From Lama guanicoe (Eukaryota), in the NCBI GenBank assembly GCA_013239625.1, contig MU054187.1, positions 23,188,795 to 23,252,794 of the forward strand: 64,000 bases of DNA, given 5' to 3'. This document shows positions 39,479 through 53,011 of the stretch, piece by piece (positions within the stretch are counted from its first letter, which is position 1; each line of letters begins with the position of its first letter). A program made the translations under genes and the position numbers. The notes under the pieces are model-generated. The model saw nothing but the letters and a program-made list of their open reading frames with translations, was not told the origin of the DNA and did no database searches.

Positions 39479-39920
39479 TGTAATAGAAGAGAGCAAATCT
39501 GACTATATTAGATCTGTTCCTTTAGCTTAACCCTGTGCACTGTTTTCTAGGCTTAGTCTTACCAGCTCTGCACTCACGTAAAGACAACAAAGTTGCAAAA
39601 CAGAATAACATTTGTTTTGTTGAAGGTTTTGCAGGAGCACCATGGGCTGGCCCAAGTGGACAGCTGTGGGAACAAGGAATTCCTGCACCAGTTTGTTTGC
39701 AACAACCAACCACATCCCCTCCCCTTTGTGTGTGTGTGTGTGTGCATGTAAAAGGAGCCTGTATTCTGACTGAAGTAGGATGGTTCTCCAAGACATTAGT
39801 CTGTCATCCTCTCAGCCTGCTGGCTTTCCAAATAAAGTCACTATTCCTTGCCCCAACACCTCGTCTCCTGATTTATTGACCTATCATGCAGTGAGCAGAA
39901 TGAGTTTGGACTCGATAACA
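39479..39920 (+). mobile_element. Solo ERV1-type LTR, 442 bp
   Basis: TGTAA...TAACA ends, 4-bp TSD atag/gtag, AATAAA at 39831, internal (TG)n. Confidence 0.9.
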
Positions 39921-42719
39921 GTAGTTCCAATAGAATCTTCTAAGATGGTATGATAACATAAAGAATTAGATTTTCCAAGATTTACATAAATCAAAGATTT
40001 TACAAGTATAAAGATTTCCTAATAATTTCAAGGATATAAACAATTGCAACGCACCAGCACTGCAGAAGGGGGGCGGGCTGGGTTCTCCAGTCCAGTTCCC
40101 CAGGTCCTTTCTTGCTGCAGCAGGATGCACTCTGGCACCAAATATACAGTACTTTACACAGAAGTTTTTGGTCAGGAAACATCTCCATTCATTCTCACAT
40201 AATTACATATCTTCTATGACATTTCTCAGGGAGTCATACCCTATAAAACTGTAGATTCCAGGTTTGTTTACCATAGGCAATCCTAGACAGATGAGACACA
40301 CCCAATTAAAAGCATTCCAAAAATAAACACTCCCCAACAAAGCCCATTATTTTGCCAGTAGGACTACATTACCATGTTTACAGGGAGATTCCAGAGTCAA
40401 CTTCTTTCTCTCTTGAGGATGCCTCCCCCAAGCTAAAAGGAAATATAGGTTGTAGACCAGCGTGCTAATTGTCAAGTGTTCTTGATGAGCCCCCATTTTG
40501 TATATCCAGATTCTGCCGTGGTTTGTCCAATAGCATGTGCGGTGCATGGGCAGTAACAGTTCTCAGTTTAACACAGTAAAACGGGAAAGCATGCATGAGG
40601 ACATTGGGCTCAGTTTCTTGATCTGATCCAGGTTTAGTGTCATAATGAACACTTCCCTTTCCAGAATGGCTGATAAAGTGCTCTTCAAAATAAAAAGCTG
40701 GGAAATGCTAATTTCCTCTGGTCTTTAGTGGGCGTTGAAAGTATTCAGTGCTGCTGGGCACCTCCCGGCTACTTGATGTACCATTGAGCTCATGTACCAT
40801 GTGGCTCATGCTGACTCCATCAGATGAACAAAACTGCCACCCTCCTTGTCTGTGAGGTCAGTAGAACATACACTATGCATATGAGAAGTGTATGCTGAGC
40901 AGAACTTTCTCAGATTATATCTATGTATCTTGCTACGGATTCCATGTTTAAAACCTAAAATTGATTCTATTTTTCATTAACACATTTATTTTGCAATAAA
41001 TATTTTATGCAAGTATAAGCCTAAAAAATTATACGTTCAATTTTAAAAATACAGAATTTCCATTTCTAAAAAAAATTAGTAATGAATATGTAATTTGCCT
41101 AAACTGTTTGGCCTTATTTAACACATTTTACACACACCAAGGTGGGAGAGGGGAGGTATGCTAGTATTACAGATCACCCGCAGACAAAATTTACACAAGA
41201 AGCATTATTATTTAATTGAAAAGTTAGTAAATATTTTAAGAAGATTATTAAAGGTGAGACAGTACAGCTGTAGAATTCATGTTTAATAATACTCTGTGAA
41301 GTAAGGCCTTTACTTAGCTTAAATGATAGTTTTTAAATTAATTTTGTTAATTTAGTTACACATGTAAAATTATAGAGTAATTAATATTAATATGATTGTT
41401 TCATTAACAGAAAAATATGAACAATTAGATGATACAAATTTTATTAGTGTATTTAGATGCTTCAAATAGATGATCAATTTATTTAATTCTAAAACTTGTT
41501 AGTTTTTCATCAAATTAATTAAATCAATAAACCTTCTGAAATTTCATTCTATTTAAGTTAAATGTCTAATATTACTATAAATATGCTTCTATAGTAATTA
41601 GAAAGTTCAGCGTGGAAGGTAAGAATGTTTTGCAATGATAAAATATTTGGTGAATCCAGCTTCATGGCTTAAAATATTATTAATAAATTAAATGTATAAG
41701 AAACAACTAATATATGTCAAAAATCTATACTAGTCTTCTAATTGAAATAGAAACCACTATGTCAAAAATTACATTTTTGTTTTTTATATATTGAAACTAA
41801 TTAAACTACAGAACTAAATTACAGTAAGAAGCTAATGCTGAGAACAAACAAAAAAAGCTTCAAAGAGCATACCACTATCATTTTTCTCTTTACTGTTTTT
41901 CATCAGTTAGAATATAGACATGTTTGAGTCTTTGAGAAGTTACTTTGTAAATCTTATGTGTTTTCTGTATTTTTTTGTCTTTTGTATGTCTTCTAAAAAT
42001 TTTATATATTTTCTTAATTTAAATTGCACTTGTTCAAATGAATTGGAAATTTGCAGTTAAAGCAATCCAGAAAAGGAGTGGAAAAAATAAACAACCCTTT
42101 AGTTTTTGAAGCTTTTAGCAAATTCAGTATTCGCAAAGAGTAAAATATTAAAATTTATCAAGAAGAAAGCAGGGAACTGAACAAATTAAATGATGAGTTC
42201 TAAAAAGGAATACACATTTAATTTAGAAATTCTCTAGTTGTACTTCAGAATATCTTGATTTTTAGGAAGTAAATTTGATGGCACACTTATTTTTCAGTAT
42301 ATAAATTAATCATCTATACTGGAAATGAATAGAATTGAGAAAGTGTATGATTTTTCAGCATCTGCATTTGGCACAACACTGAGAAGAGTCACAAGTAAAG
42401 AAAGCATGTAGTGATTTATTTCAAAAATATTGTCAAGAACAGGTACTCAAAAGTGTGACAGAAAGTACCTGGGAAATACATATTTCACCTTATGTATTTA
42501 TACATTAACTGTGAATTAAAGTTAGAATTTTAATAATGTTTGGCAGAGTTTACTCTGAATTTACTAGTCTCCTACCAAAATATTGTTTTCTCAGTTAGAA
42601 ATATTATAGTTTACAAAAAAGAATCAATTAAAGACTTCAACAATTTCAAAACTATTTCCAATAAATTATGAAAAATGTTTCAATTTCATAAAAATTTAAA
42701 ATAATGAGACTATATTAAA

Positions 42720-42805
42720 ATGCATTCATAAAAATGTTCTCCAATGACCTCCACCTCCTAGTATTCATGTCCTTGTGTGATCCCCTCATTAAGTGTGAGT
42801 GAATA
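42720..42805 (+). mobile_element. MLT1 5' fragment
   Basis: ccaatgacctccacctcctagtattcatgtccttgtgtgatcccctc. Confidence 0.7.
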
Positions 42806-43769
42806 TAAATTTATACTTTAAATGAAGTATTGGCAATGCCACAGCTCTTCAATATTGCAAAGCCTAACCTACTTCCTTCTTCCAAATTGCCTTCCAAAAA
42901 GTAAATCCCAGATTGTGATTTTATTAAAAACTACCTTCCAAGTATCACTTTATTTTCCCAAGATTCATCCGTCTGTGGGTGTTTCTTTTAAGGTTTATCT
43001 GAACAGATATAAATAAAGTTCCCTGACAAATTTTCTGCAACTATGTTACTGGTGAACATTAGTATTTAGAAAATAAACGTGTCTCACGTGTAGTCACAAA
43101 TGATCCTCTCCTCTTTCCTCTTAGCCCTTGCTGATGTCCAGTCTTTGTGAATCCGTGTTTCGCAGTGGTTCTGGTGCCTTTATGAGAACTCCGATGCTTT
43201 CCTCAGGAACCTCTTTATGTTATCACTTTCAACTGCAAAAGCACAGACAAGAGGAGATTGAAGTTCTGAACCAAGACAACAGCAGTGGGAATAAAGATGT
43301 CTGTGATGCAGAATTTCAGGCCATGGTGGTCTATATGAAGGCGCAAATAAGAGAAGAAAAGATCAAGTGAAACTCTCAAATGAAGAGTGACATCATTCAA
43401 TAATATATTGGACCCTAGAGACAAAAGAGGTTTTAGAGACTCTTAATTCATGTTAAGACAGGCTGAGTCTGGAGTAGCTGATGCACATCTGGTGGACCTA
43501 ACAAGAAAGTAACTGCATGGAAGCATCTGAAAGTAAGAGGAGAGGTCTGGGCTTGCAGTATATACCTAAGCCGTTGATCTCCAGACATTAGTTAAAAGTA
43601 ATTAGGACAGATGCTTTGAAAATGCTAACATGTAAGGGGAAGAGAAATCCACAAAGAAATCTGGGAAGAATTTCCCGAGATGGAAATACAATTAATGAAA
43701 GTGACAATGGCCAGTGTCACTCAGTACTTAATTTAGCTGGATACTATACTAAACAATGACATTTATTAT

Positions 43770-43900
43770 CTTACTTAACCCCTAGAAAACACATAAAATT
43801 TTGCATCACCGTTTTATTCATTGCACAGATTAAAGAATGCAGATTCAAAGGAAAATTAGACAAGTTCTCCCAATATTCAGTAGTTAAAAGCGTTTAGAGC
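43770..43900 (-). mobile_element. MIR fragment
   Basis: cattgcacagattaaagaatgcagattcaaagg. Confidence 0.5.
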
Positions 43901-46900
43901 AGACTACTTTTAAAAATAATTTAAATGTGTTAGATCTGTGATAGCCAACTGTGACCCAAAATGACTTGGTATTTTATTGTAGCCTACACAATGAAGGGTG
44001 CAAAACTAGTTTTCCATTTATCTTGGTTTGGAGTCCTTCAAGTATGCAGGATAAGAAATGGGTAAGACACCCCCAGACATCAGAAAACATTGACATTATA
44101 ATTCTTGTGATACTGTCAGAAAGCAGCCTTTGAACTTACCTGTTGAACCATATACTCTTCCTCTGGAGGAAAATTGGATCTTTCTTTTAATTCCAATATG
44201 TTTCTACATTCACGGAGAAAGTTTTCCATGAGGAGGCCATGCTACTTGGGAATGGAAATTTAATGGCAATTAAAAAGGGGATATAAATGGTATTGATCTG
44301 TGACAATTTTCTTCTGCATAGTGGTGTATTTTCTTTGTTCTTCTTGAAGATTTCTTTGTAATTTCCTCTGTTCCTGCCATTGTGGCTGGTGTAGTCAGAT
44401 CAAGTTACACCACAACTGGAACTAGTTGTGCAGGGGAAGAGAGGCTGGGAGACAGGGACTTGACTTTAGCTGCTGTTCCTTAAGCTATCTTATCTTCGGT
44501 TATCTTTGTTCTATTTTATTTCACTTTCTCTGCTAATATCTTAGTATTAACTAACACATTCCACACACGGCCCTTGCCTTTGTATAAAATCACTAAATTA
44601 TTCAGTGCTTACAGCTTCAAGAAACACAGGATGCAAAGGAAAAATGAATAGACAATTACCATGTTGACTTTCAAAAAGCTATACTTCAGATGACTAGGCT
44701 GAATTTTGGAGCGAAGAACAGGAAACCTCCTGTTTCTGTTGACGGATCTTTGATAAGGGGCCCCAGGCTCCACGTCTTCAAGTGGTGAAATGTGGGAACA
44801 GGGAGGGAGGCAGGAATAGAATCCTAATAATTTGAGGAAGAGGAAGAAAAAAAAAACTTCTACACACATTCTTTCTCTGTTTAGGGCTTGAGATGAAAAG
44901 ACCCTAGAGAGGAAATGACCTCACTGTTAATGTCTGCAGATAAACACAGAGATGCAACCCTATTCCCTGATCCTCCTCTGCCCCATGTGACTCATAAAAC
45001 AGGAACAATGGAATGATTTCTACTCTTCTGTTGTAGCACAGAGGAGGCGAGAGGGTTTGGTCATTAGCTCTTAGTTTCCTTTGAACTAGTGTTGCACTAG
45101 ACCAATGGGAATAACCCCACATATATACAAGGGGCACAAAATGGCAAACAAGCCATGGCTCTACAGGTTCTGTGCAGTCAGCAATGACCCGAGAGCCAGC
45201 CAGAGACCAGGCTCAGTCAGAAAAGATACTATGACCTTGAAGATCAGATCACTTCATCTCATGACTTAGTCTTCATCTCATGACTGGACTTCAACCACCT
45301 GAGGGATATTAAATTGACCAAAAGATTGAGTTGCCAACATTTATGAAAATGGGGGTCTAAAATTCAAGTTTAAACATAGTAAAATAAATCTGCACTTCCT
45401 CCACAACTGCGTTGATACCAGACACACTTGCGTTTGCCTCTTAACACGTAGAGAATTAAAATTTGGAAGGCAATACTAAAACAGAAGGCTAAAGCAGAAG
45501 GTTTAGCCCTCCCTCTGATTCGCACCTTACACTGAAAGGACAGAAGATGTCTTTCCAGCACACACGAGTTCCAGTCTATCCCACCGGCAGGCACCCTGGC
45601 CGGGACTCGCCAGCAATGCTCTGGTTTTAACAAGCAGTGTGTAATCTGCCTGGAGGGTCCTTAGTGTATCATCTTCAGGAACTCAACTGGGGACAGACAG
45701 CTTGTGGAAGATGAGGAATTCCTGATGTTGAGAATTTCTCATCACCTGACAGAGGGCTGGCCTTGCACACCCAAACATAATGCAATTTTCTTAGCCCAAT
45801 GCTAATTTACATCCCATAAAGAACAGGTAAAGCATTCCTTTTAAAATGCAAAGCAGGAAAAAAAAAGACAAAACAAAATATCATCTTAGGTGTCAGTATC
45901 AACAAAACATCTGTAAAAGGTAGAGTTGGATTTTCAAGACTTATTTACATATGTACATTGCCATCAACTTCTTAACAGGTAATTTTTTATGATTAGGTTA
46001 GGGGGGGAATATGCCAATATGTATAAATGTATATGCTCAAAACATAGAAAAATATGAGAAGCAATGCAAATGTCAAGAATGGAGCTGTCATCGGTATATA
46101 GTGATTAATAATTTAGAATCATGTTTCAAAAAGGAGAAAGACATCAAGTTGAATCCTATTAATTATAATTTTAATTTACTGAGAATGTAACACTCCAGAG
46201 ATTAATTCTGATTCTAGTATTTCAGTGACAAGAGCCAGCATCAAGATCAGATTTTACGTAAAGTTTTACTATAGACAAAGAACAATTATTATATAATATT
46301 CCTCTTGAAATATCAAAATGCCTCTAACTACATTCACTTGTGGATTTGGAATTGTCATCTTGAGTTTTTTCATGTCTGCTTGCCTCCTATAAATATAGTC
46401 CAAAATGAAAAACAGTAAAAGGGGAGATAGGAAGTAATCTAAAAAAAAAAAAAAACTAAGAAAACAGTTATAAAGGCATATTTTGAGAAGGGAAGGGGAA
46501 TTCAGTTTTAGGTTACTTTGCATGGTCCCTCCTCTTTGTCTAGTTTTTAAGAAATCCAGTTTGGGTCAATTCCCTTGCAGATTTGCATAGATTACATATG
46601 AGTCAGTTTGTTGCTGGTAGGTTTTCTTCCCACCTGCTCCAGAAGAGATGGGTCAAATTTATTTGCATTCTTGAATGGTACTAAAGAGTGAGCATATATA
46701 CTTAACTAGCATGGAGGTGTTACTGTGTCAAATCATGACACCTAGATTGCACCCAGATTTACAAAATTAACAGCATTCTTGACAAGCACTCGTATATTAT
46801 GGTGAGAACTCACTCCTAGGGGAAATTTAGCATGTGCTCCATTTAACTCCCTAACAGGTGCAGCAGGTGGTCCCCACCACCCTCCTCCATCGCAGCCACT

Positions 46901-47299
46901 GGTCCACTTGGCAATCAGGCCTTCACTCCTTTTTATTTGCACAAGACACTATCCACGGTGAGCAAGAAAGACCAGGGCTAAGGCAAATCTCAGGTTTTGC
47001 AAGGGACAAACATCTGTGACTGGATGAAATAATGACTGCTGTCCACCTCTGTTCTTCCGAGGGCCCACTAATAACTGCGCTCCTCTCCCCATCTTTTCCC
47101 TTAGTCTCTCCACCCCATTCCGCCCTGGGGGCTTTCTAGTTTTGGGGGGGTAGGAATGCGGTAGGGGGGGTCTCTCATTTCTGCTCTTTCATAGTGTTCA
47201 TCGTTATCAAGGAATAGAGAATGGCTAGTTGCTTGAATAAAGGAGTGTCTAGGGGGAAAGGAGAGGAAAGCAGAGAAGAGTGAGGAAACAGTGCAGGAA

Positions 47300-48490
47300 C
47301 TAGAGAGAAAAACACACCTGACTCCATACCTTTAACATAATTGTCTTGGGCTCGAGAAAATAAAGAAAGGACCTTCCAGAGAGACAAAAATATGTATAAA
47401 AGATGCTTTGGAGTGGAAAACATGCACTATTCAGAGTTCTGCAAATTTTAGATCATTTTGAATATTTTAGGTCATGGCAAGACACTTGGATTCTATTCTA
47501 AGAATGTTGGGATATTAGCGAAGTGTTTCAAGAGGAAAACATCATTTATGTTTTAGGAAGATCTCTCTGACTGCCGAGCTGAGAATGGACTGGTCTCAAC
47601 TAGGAGGCTATTACAGTAGCCTATGTGACGGGTGAGCAGTGATTATGAACAGGTGTGGTCGTATTTGGGCTATATATTGATGGCAGAATCTAAAAGCATT
47701 TGCCTGGTGAACTGGATATAAGATGTGAAGAAGAGGTAAAAATGAAAATAATTTCTACTTTCATACCATTTCCTGAGGAACTGGATAGAAAAGGAAATGG
47801 GGATGCTTTGGGAAAAGACAGCAGATTTGGGTATTGGAAATTTAGCATTCCATTTGGGAGTGTAGTATTTGAGATGCAACTGAACATCCAAATCAAGATG
47901 GTGAGCAAAAAGTTTGATATTCATTAAGAAAAGACAAATATAAGGGACATCAACATATAGGTCATCTATTTGAAGTAATACAACAGAGTGAGCTCCCCTA
48001 AGGAGAGAACATAAAAGCAGAGAATAGAAGAACCAAGGACAAAGCTCTAATAGAAATGTAGGTGGTGAAAAAGCCAGCAAAGTAGGAAAAAAAAACAGGT
48101 GAATCTAGAAATGAAATTATACATTCCAAGAAGTTTAGGGAATAGTCTAACTGTCCAGGTTGCAAAGATAAGTAAGATAAGTAAGAAAAGGACGGGAAAT
48201 TGGCAGTATATTCTGGTAAGATGTAGGTCATTGGTGAGCATTTTCAGAAGGGAGGGAGGAAAGAATAGCCTTTAAATACGTTGAGGAGAAAGATAGGATG
48301 TGAAGAAATGCATAAAAGCAATACCTTTAAGAAGTTTCTTTAAGGAAGAAGGGAAATGTCAACACACACACAAACACACAAACAAACAAATGAAATGTAA
48401 GGTCAAGGAAAGAGGCAATGTTTTTAAATTTTAAAGATTTAGATAAAGATGGATAATGTTAATGTGTAATATTATGGTGATGAGAATGTT
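47300..48490 (-). mobile_element. L2 fragment, about 1.1 kb
   Basis: ttggattctattctaagaatgttggga, taggaggctattacagtagcc, tttgagatgcaactgaacatccaa, aggtcattggtgagc. Confidence 0.85.
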
Positions 48491-48586
48491 CTGGTATGTG
48501 GACAAATCACTGAGGCAAGTAACAAATTGGGTTGCTCTTTTCTGCTTCCAGGTAGTAGACTTCTGAATTTGAAGTTAAGAAATTAC

Positions 48587-48640
48587 AAAAAAAAAAAAAA
48601 AGAAAGAAAGAAAGGAAAGAAAGAAAGAAAGAAAAAAAAG
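48587..48640. repeat. Poly-A/(GAAA)n microsatellite
   Basis: Read directly from the sequence. Confidence 0.95.
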
Positions 48641-48995
48641 ACTGGAGAATACAACTTCTAGATACCCCTTAGTGAACTTTTGTATGTTTAATAATGGTCT
48701 TCATCACATCACGATTAAGTTGTAATTTATGTGATATTTCGTAATATTTGACAACTGAATAGATAGGACAGAAACAGATAAGACTTGACACTTGTCACTC
48801 TAAATATTGCTTGAGTTTTGCCTCAAAGCTAATAAAAGCCTGAAAGCTAATAAAAGATTACAACCACTTCTGAAAGGTGAGGTGAATATAAGGTCTCTTA
48901 CCTTAAAAGAAAAGTAGCTGATGAAAATATTTGAAACTCCCAGAACATAGATGTCATGAAATTGGATGGTGAAATCTAAAATATCTTGCTATAAA

Positions 48996-48997
<2 letters not shown>

Positions 48998-49026
<29 letters not shown>
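48998..49026. repeat. Pure A29 tract
   Basis: Read directly from the sequence. Confidence 0.95.
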
Positions 49027-49028
<2 letters not shown>

Positions 49029-51559
49029 TCGAGCCTTGGGAAGTTAGGAAAACTTTCTTTAGTAGCAGGTTATTAGTATGTGGAAGAGGATACTGAAGAA
49101 AGCCATAAAATCTTTAACTCTGAACACACTGAAAATGATTTAAGCATTTGCCTGTACAGTTTACAGCCTTTAAACATTAGCTGTGTGAGTGGAGAGATCA
49201 TTAAGCACCATATGGGCTCTTTCTTTGGAAAAGCATTATTTCAGAAGAGTGAAGGATGGAAAGGAAAGTGGATTTCTATTTTAAACCACACATTGTTTTT
49301 TTTTAAAAGACAAGGAAACTATCGGATGGGTAAAACCTATTGTTATAATAATCAAGATAATAGTAGTAACTAGCCAGCCCGAAGAACTTCTACAGGATCC
49401 TGGATTAGTAAAACACAACTTGCCTCTGGTTATCCAAGGCTAAGGAAGAAAAAAAATTAGAGTTATTCAGGGAGCAGAAGCATCGTGGGGCTGTAGCATT
49501 TTACAACGATGACAATAATATAGATTAGCTGCACTTAACTGTACTCAGCAGTTTTATCATAACACAGTTCTGTTTTCTTTGGACACTTACAAGCTTAACA
49601 ACACAGAATACTGACTGTACCTTCTTATACACTTGCAAATTGGTGAAGACCATGAAGGAAAACATTTCATACTCAAGGCCCCTCAAAGTCCATTATCTCA
49701 CCAGATATCCAGGTCCCTGAACTAAACTTACCTGCTTTACTTACCTCTTGCTGTCACTGGACTGATAATTACCATGCTGCCTAATGCTCCTGAAAAGTAT
49801 TCATCCATGACATCCCCACCAACTTCCAGCTCCTTTGCTGATAAAATTTCCTGCTACAAAGTTAGGCACAGGGCAATCAGTACACTGAAGTAAAAACACA
49901 TTGTGTTTACCTAATGACAAATATCAATTCTAATATTGGGGGCTTTCCTAAAAAATTAAATGCTAAAGTCAGAAGTCTGGATAATTTTGATGCCTCTGAA
50001 AGCTTTTAAATATTCTGGGTTTTATGCTACAGAAATATTTTAAAATCTGGTTTGTTTACAAGGGCAAAAAGGAAAGAAATCTCCCCTTTGCTTTTCTTTA
50101 AATTAAATAGAATTATCTGAATTAAGAGAGGACTTGAACAATCGTATTTCTAAAAAAAAGTCATCTGACTTGAAAACATACAACCTCACTTAGAAAAGTT
50201 AAATTTTCCAACAAGGACACGGATGAGAACCAGGCAAGGTCAAATTGCTAGGAAATACTTAAGATCTAATCAAGACCTGTAAAAAAGCAGAGTGAAGATG
50301 GTCAGTGTAGCTTAAGTGCCCAAGCAGTAGGAAGAGTGCAAAAATAGACCTTCTAGTACAATAAGTTTGATTTGCAAATCAACTAACACACCATAATAAA
50401 TCTAGGTGTGGTGTCAAAGTCAGGTAGACGTTGCTTTGGTTCACATGCATTTTTTTTTTCCAGTTAGGATTTTGTCCCACTAAATTACAGCAGCTGAACA
50501 GGAAGTTTTCAAACTGAGCTAAACCTAACAAGCCATGAAGGAGAAATATGTCCACAAATGCCCATTCACCTCCAGTCTTCGTGGCTCGATTCTGTCATGT
50601 GCTCTGTCCAGAAATGCTTCATTGTGTGCCACTCTCCAACCTTGGGGCATTTTTCTTTGTTTTCATAACTCAGCAGCCTCAGCCCTCCTTTGTACTACTT
50701 TCCAGTGAGCTATTATCACCTTTTTTTTTCAAATTAAATTCCTACATTTATTGTTGCATTTATTTATTTATTAGAAATTTAATGTCTTTTACTGTGCTAG
50801 TATTTTTATTGAAGTATTATGCTAGCTGGAGCTCTGGTTAGAATAGCACTCAGGTTCTGAATAATCTGTCCTTAAGTTTATTTTCCCGTATGTCCTATTA
50901 TTTTCAGTCTGTAATTATAAAGAATACAGATTTTTTAAGAAGATATATATGGAAATATATCAAAGTGCCTATAATAATATTCAGGCTCATAAGCTGGAAC
51001 ACTAGATGAAAAAAAAAATCACTTGCTGCCCTTAGAACATTCCCTTCTATCTGAGTTTTATTTTCAGGACAATGGGCAAGAATGGTAGGGTTTCCACGGT
51101 CCTCTGGCAAGTTTTTAATTTTTATGTGTGTGCATGAGATAGAGATAGAGAGACAGAGACAGAGAGAAAGAGAGAGGTAGAAAGACAGAGAAAGAGACAC
51201 CCAGAGGCTAAAATACATGATGTCATTAGTTCTTGCTACTTAACTAGGTCACACTCTGTTTGATCAACATTCAAAAGTTATAAATACTCAGAAAGGAGCC
51301 AAAGTTTCAAAGATTGGGAAATAAGGTCACATTTAGACATTGAAATGTGGTCTCACATTCAGCCCACTTTTTCAAGAAATATAAGTGAGAAAAGCCAATT
51401 TACTTTTATAGATGTATTTATACATAATTTATAAAAGTATGAGCATGCAATTCAGTCAAACAAGAACCAGGAAGGCTGCTTTGTCTTATAATAAAGTTGC
51501 ATTAATTAAACACTCTCTTTATTCTTTACGTCTAATTCTGTGGCTGCAATTAACACGTC

Positions 51560-51980
51560 ATATTATATTCTCTTAGTGTCTGCCACTCCCAGAGGAACTA
51601 AACCATTTCAGGATAGGCAGCCTGTTTTAAACAGCTTTGTATCCCTAACACAATGCTTAGAACTCAAATGTTTATTGATTGAAGAAATAAAAAAGACAAT
51701 GTTTGATGCAAATATTGATCTCTGTCTCACAATCTGTCAACGGCTAATCTGAGGTACCTGCATCTAATATACTATCCTCGAAGAACACCCATGCTCCACA
51801 GTGTTTATTACTACCTCTATCATAGGACTTACTATGGTTGGGATTATATTGCATGTCATTTTACATACGCCCACTATTGCCACTAGATGGGGAACTTTGG
51901 AAGGTACTTTCATGTACCTGCCAGAAATTATCACAATTCTTGACACCTAATAGATGCTCAACAAATACTTCCTGAACATA
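51560..51980 (+). mobile_element. Two L2 3'-end fragments
   Basis: tttgtatccctaacacaatgcttagaactcaaatgtttattgattga and aatagatgctcaacaaatacttcctgaa. Confidence 0.65.
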
Positions 51981-51999
51981 ACATCTTATCAGGGGCAAA

Positions 52000-52054
52000 C
52001 ATATATATTTTATATATATATATAATATATATATATATATTATATATATATATA
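52000..52054. repeat. (TA)n-rich microsatellite
   Basis: Read directly from the sequence. Confidence 0.95.
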
Positions 52055-53011
52055 CACAATCAGAAGTAAAAAAATTCACTAATTTTGAATCCAAAAATCA
52101 TACTTGAATATTTGAAATGATTTCTATATAAATGACTGCTTTAATGAGAAATGTCAAGATGTAAATAAACTTTAAAGACCATTTTCAATCCTTTAAATCA
52201 TAGATTAACTCATTCATTTGTAATATTTATAAAATGAATCATTTACAAATTAATACCTAATTTCAACTTATTGATGATTTAAAAAAATGCATGGAAAAGT
52301 TTTCTTCAGACAGCTTGCAATCTAAAATACCAAGAAGGAAGATTTCAGAATGATATTTTTTTGCAGTGTCTAAATTCTCAGAGGTTGGAATTATTAAATC
52401 ATCCTTAAGAATGGAAATTATCTCACGGAAATATAGAGTAGAGAAGCATTTCTTTATAGAAAAACAAGGTTATTCTGTGTGCTGTGAGATGGTGTGATTC
52501 GACACGATGCAGTGTTTATGTTGGATTTCCCTTTGTGTTCCTCTCTGCTTCTTCTCTCTTAATTCATGTAATTACATGCTTCAGTCATTTATGATGATAG
52601 TATCAAACCATATGTTTGGAAACAGTAAAACTCCTGCAGTAGAAAGTTCTACTCATGTGGAACATCGTCTGGTGATAGAGAAATGACATTGTTCAAGAAA
52701 AAAAAAGTGTTTTAATACCCATCACAAAGTAAATTCCTAAGCAATTGGTGTACCCAATACTCTGGACTCAAACAGACCCTAACATTAAAAAGATGTTCTG
52801 CAACATATTGACAAGTTTGAAGCCAGTCATCCTGTTTCGTGAGACATTCAACTGCTGAAATGCTTCTACTATCCTTAAAGCAAATCAGAGTCTTTCACAA
52901 AGAAGCATGCCATGTACTCCTGGCCATCAGAAAATGCCCTCATCAACTTTCTTACCACTTAAGCTTCAGTTCCACTTAAGATTTTAGTGCTTGCATTTGT
53001 CAGTCTATCCA

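Noticed and set aside
39522..39879. Three overlapping ORFs (89-114 aa)
   Set aside because: All lie inside the solo LTR and read through a (TG)n repeat.
45252..45285. 15-bp direct repeat cttcatctcatgact x2 (a similar one, tgtagggagtat x2, lies near 17695-17722)
   Set aside because: Only two units within old repeats. Ordinary local duplication, not an array or CRISPR.
51877..51894. CTCF-like ttgccactagatgggg
   Set aside because: Lacks the GGC end and coincides with the cactaga motif of an L2 3' end.
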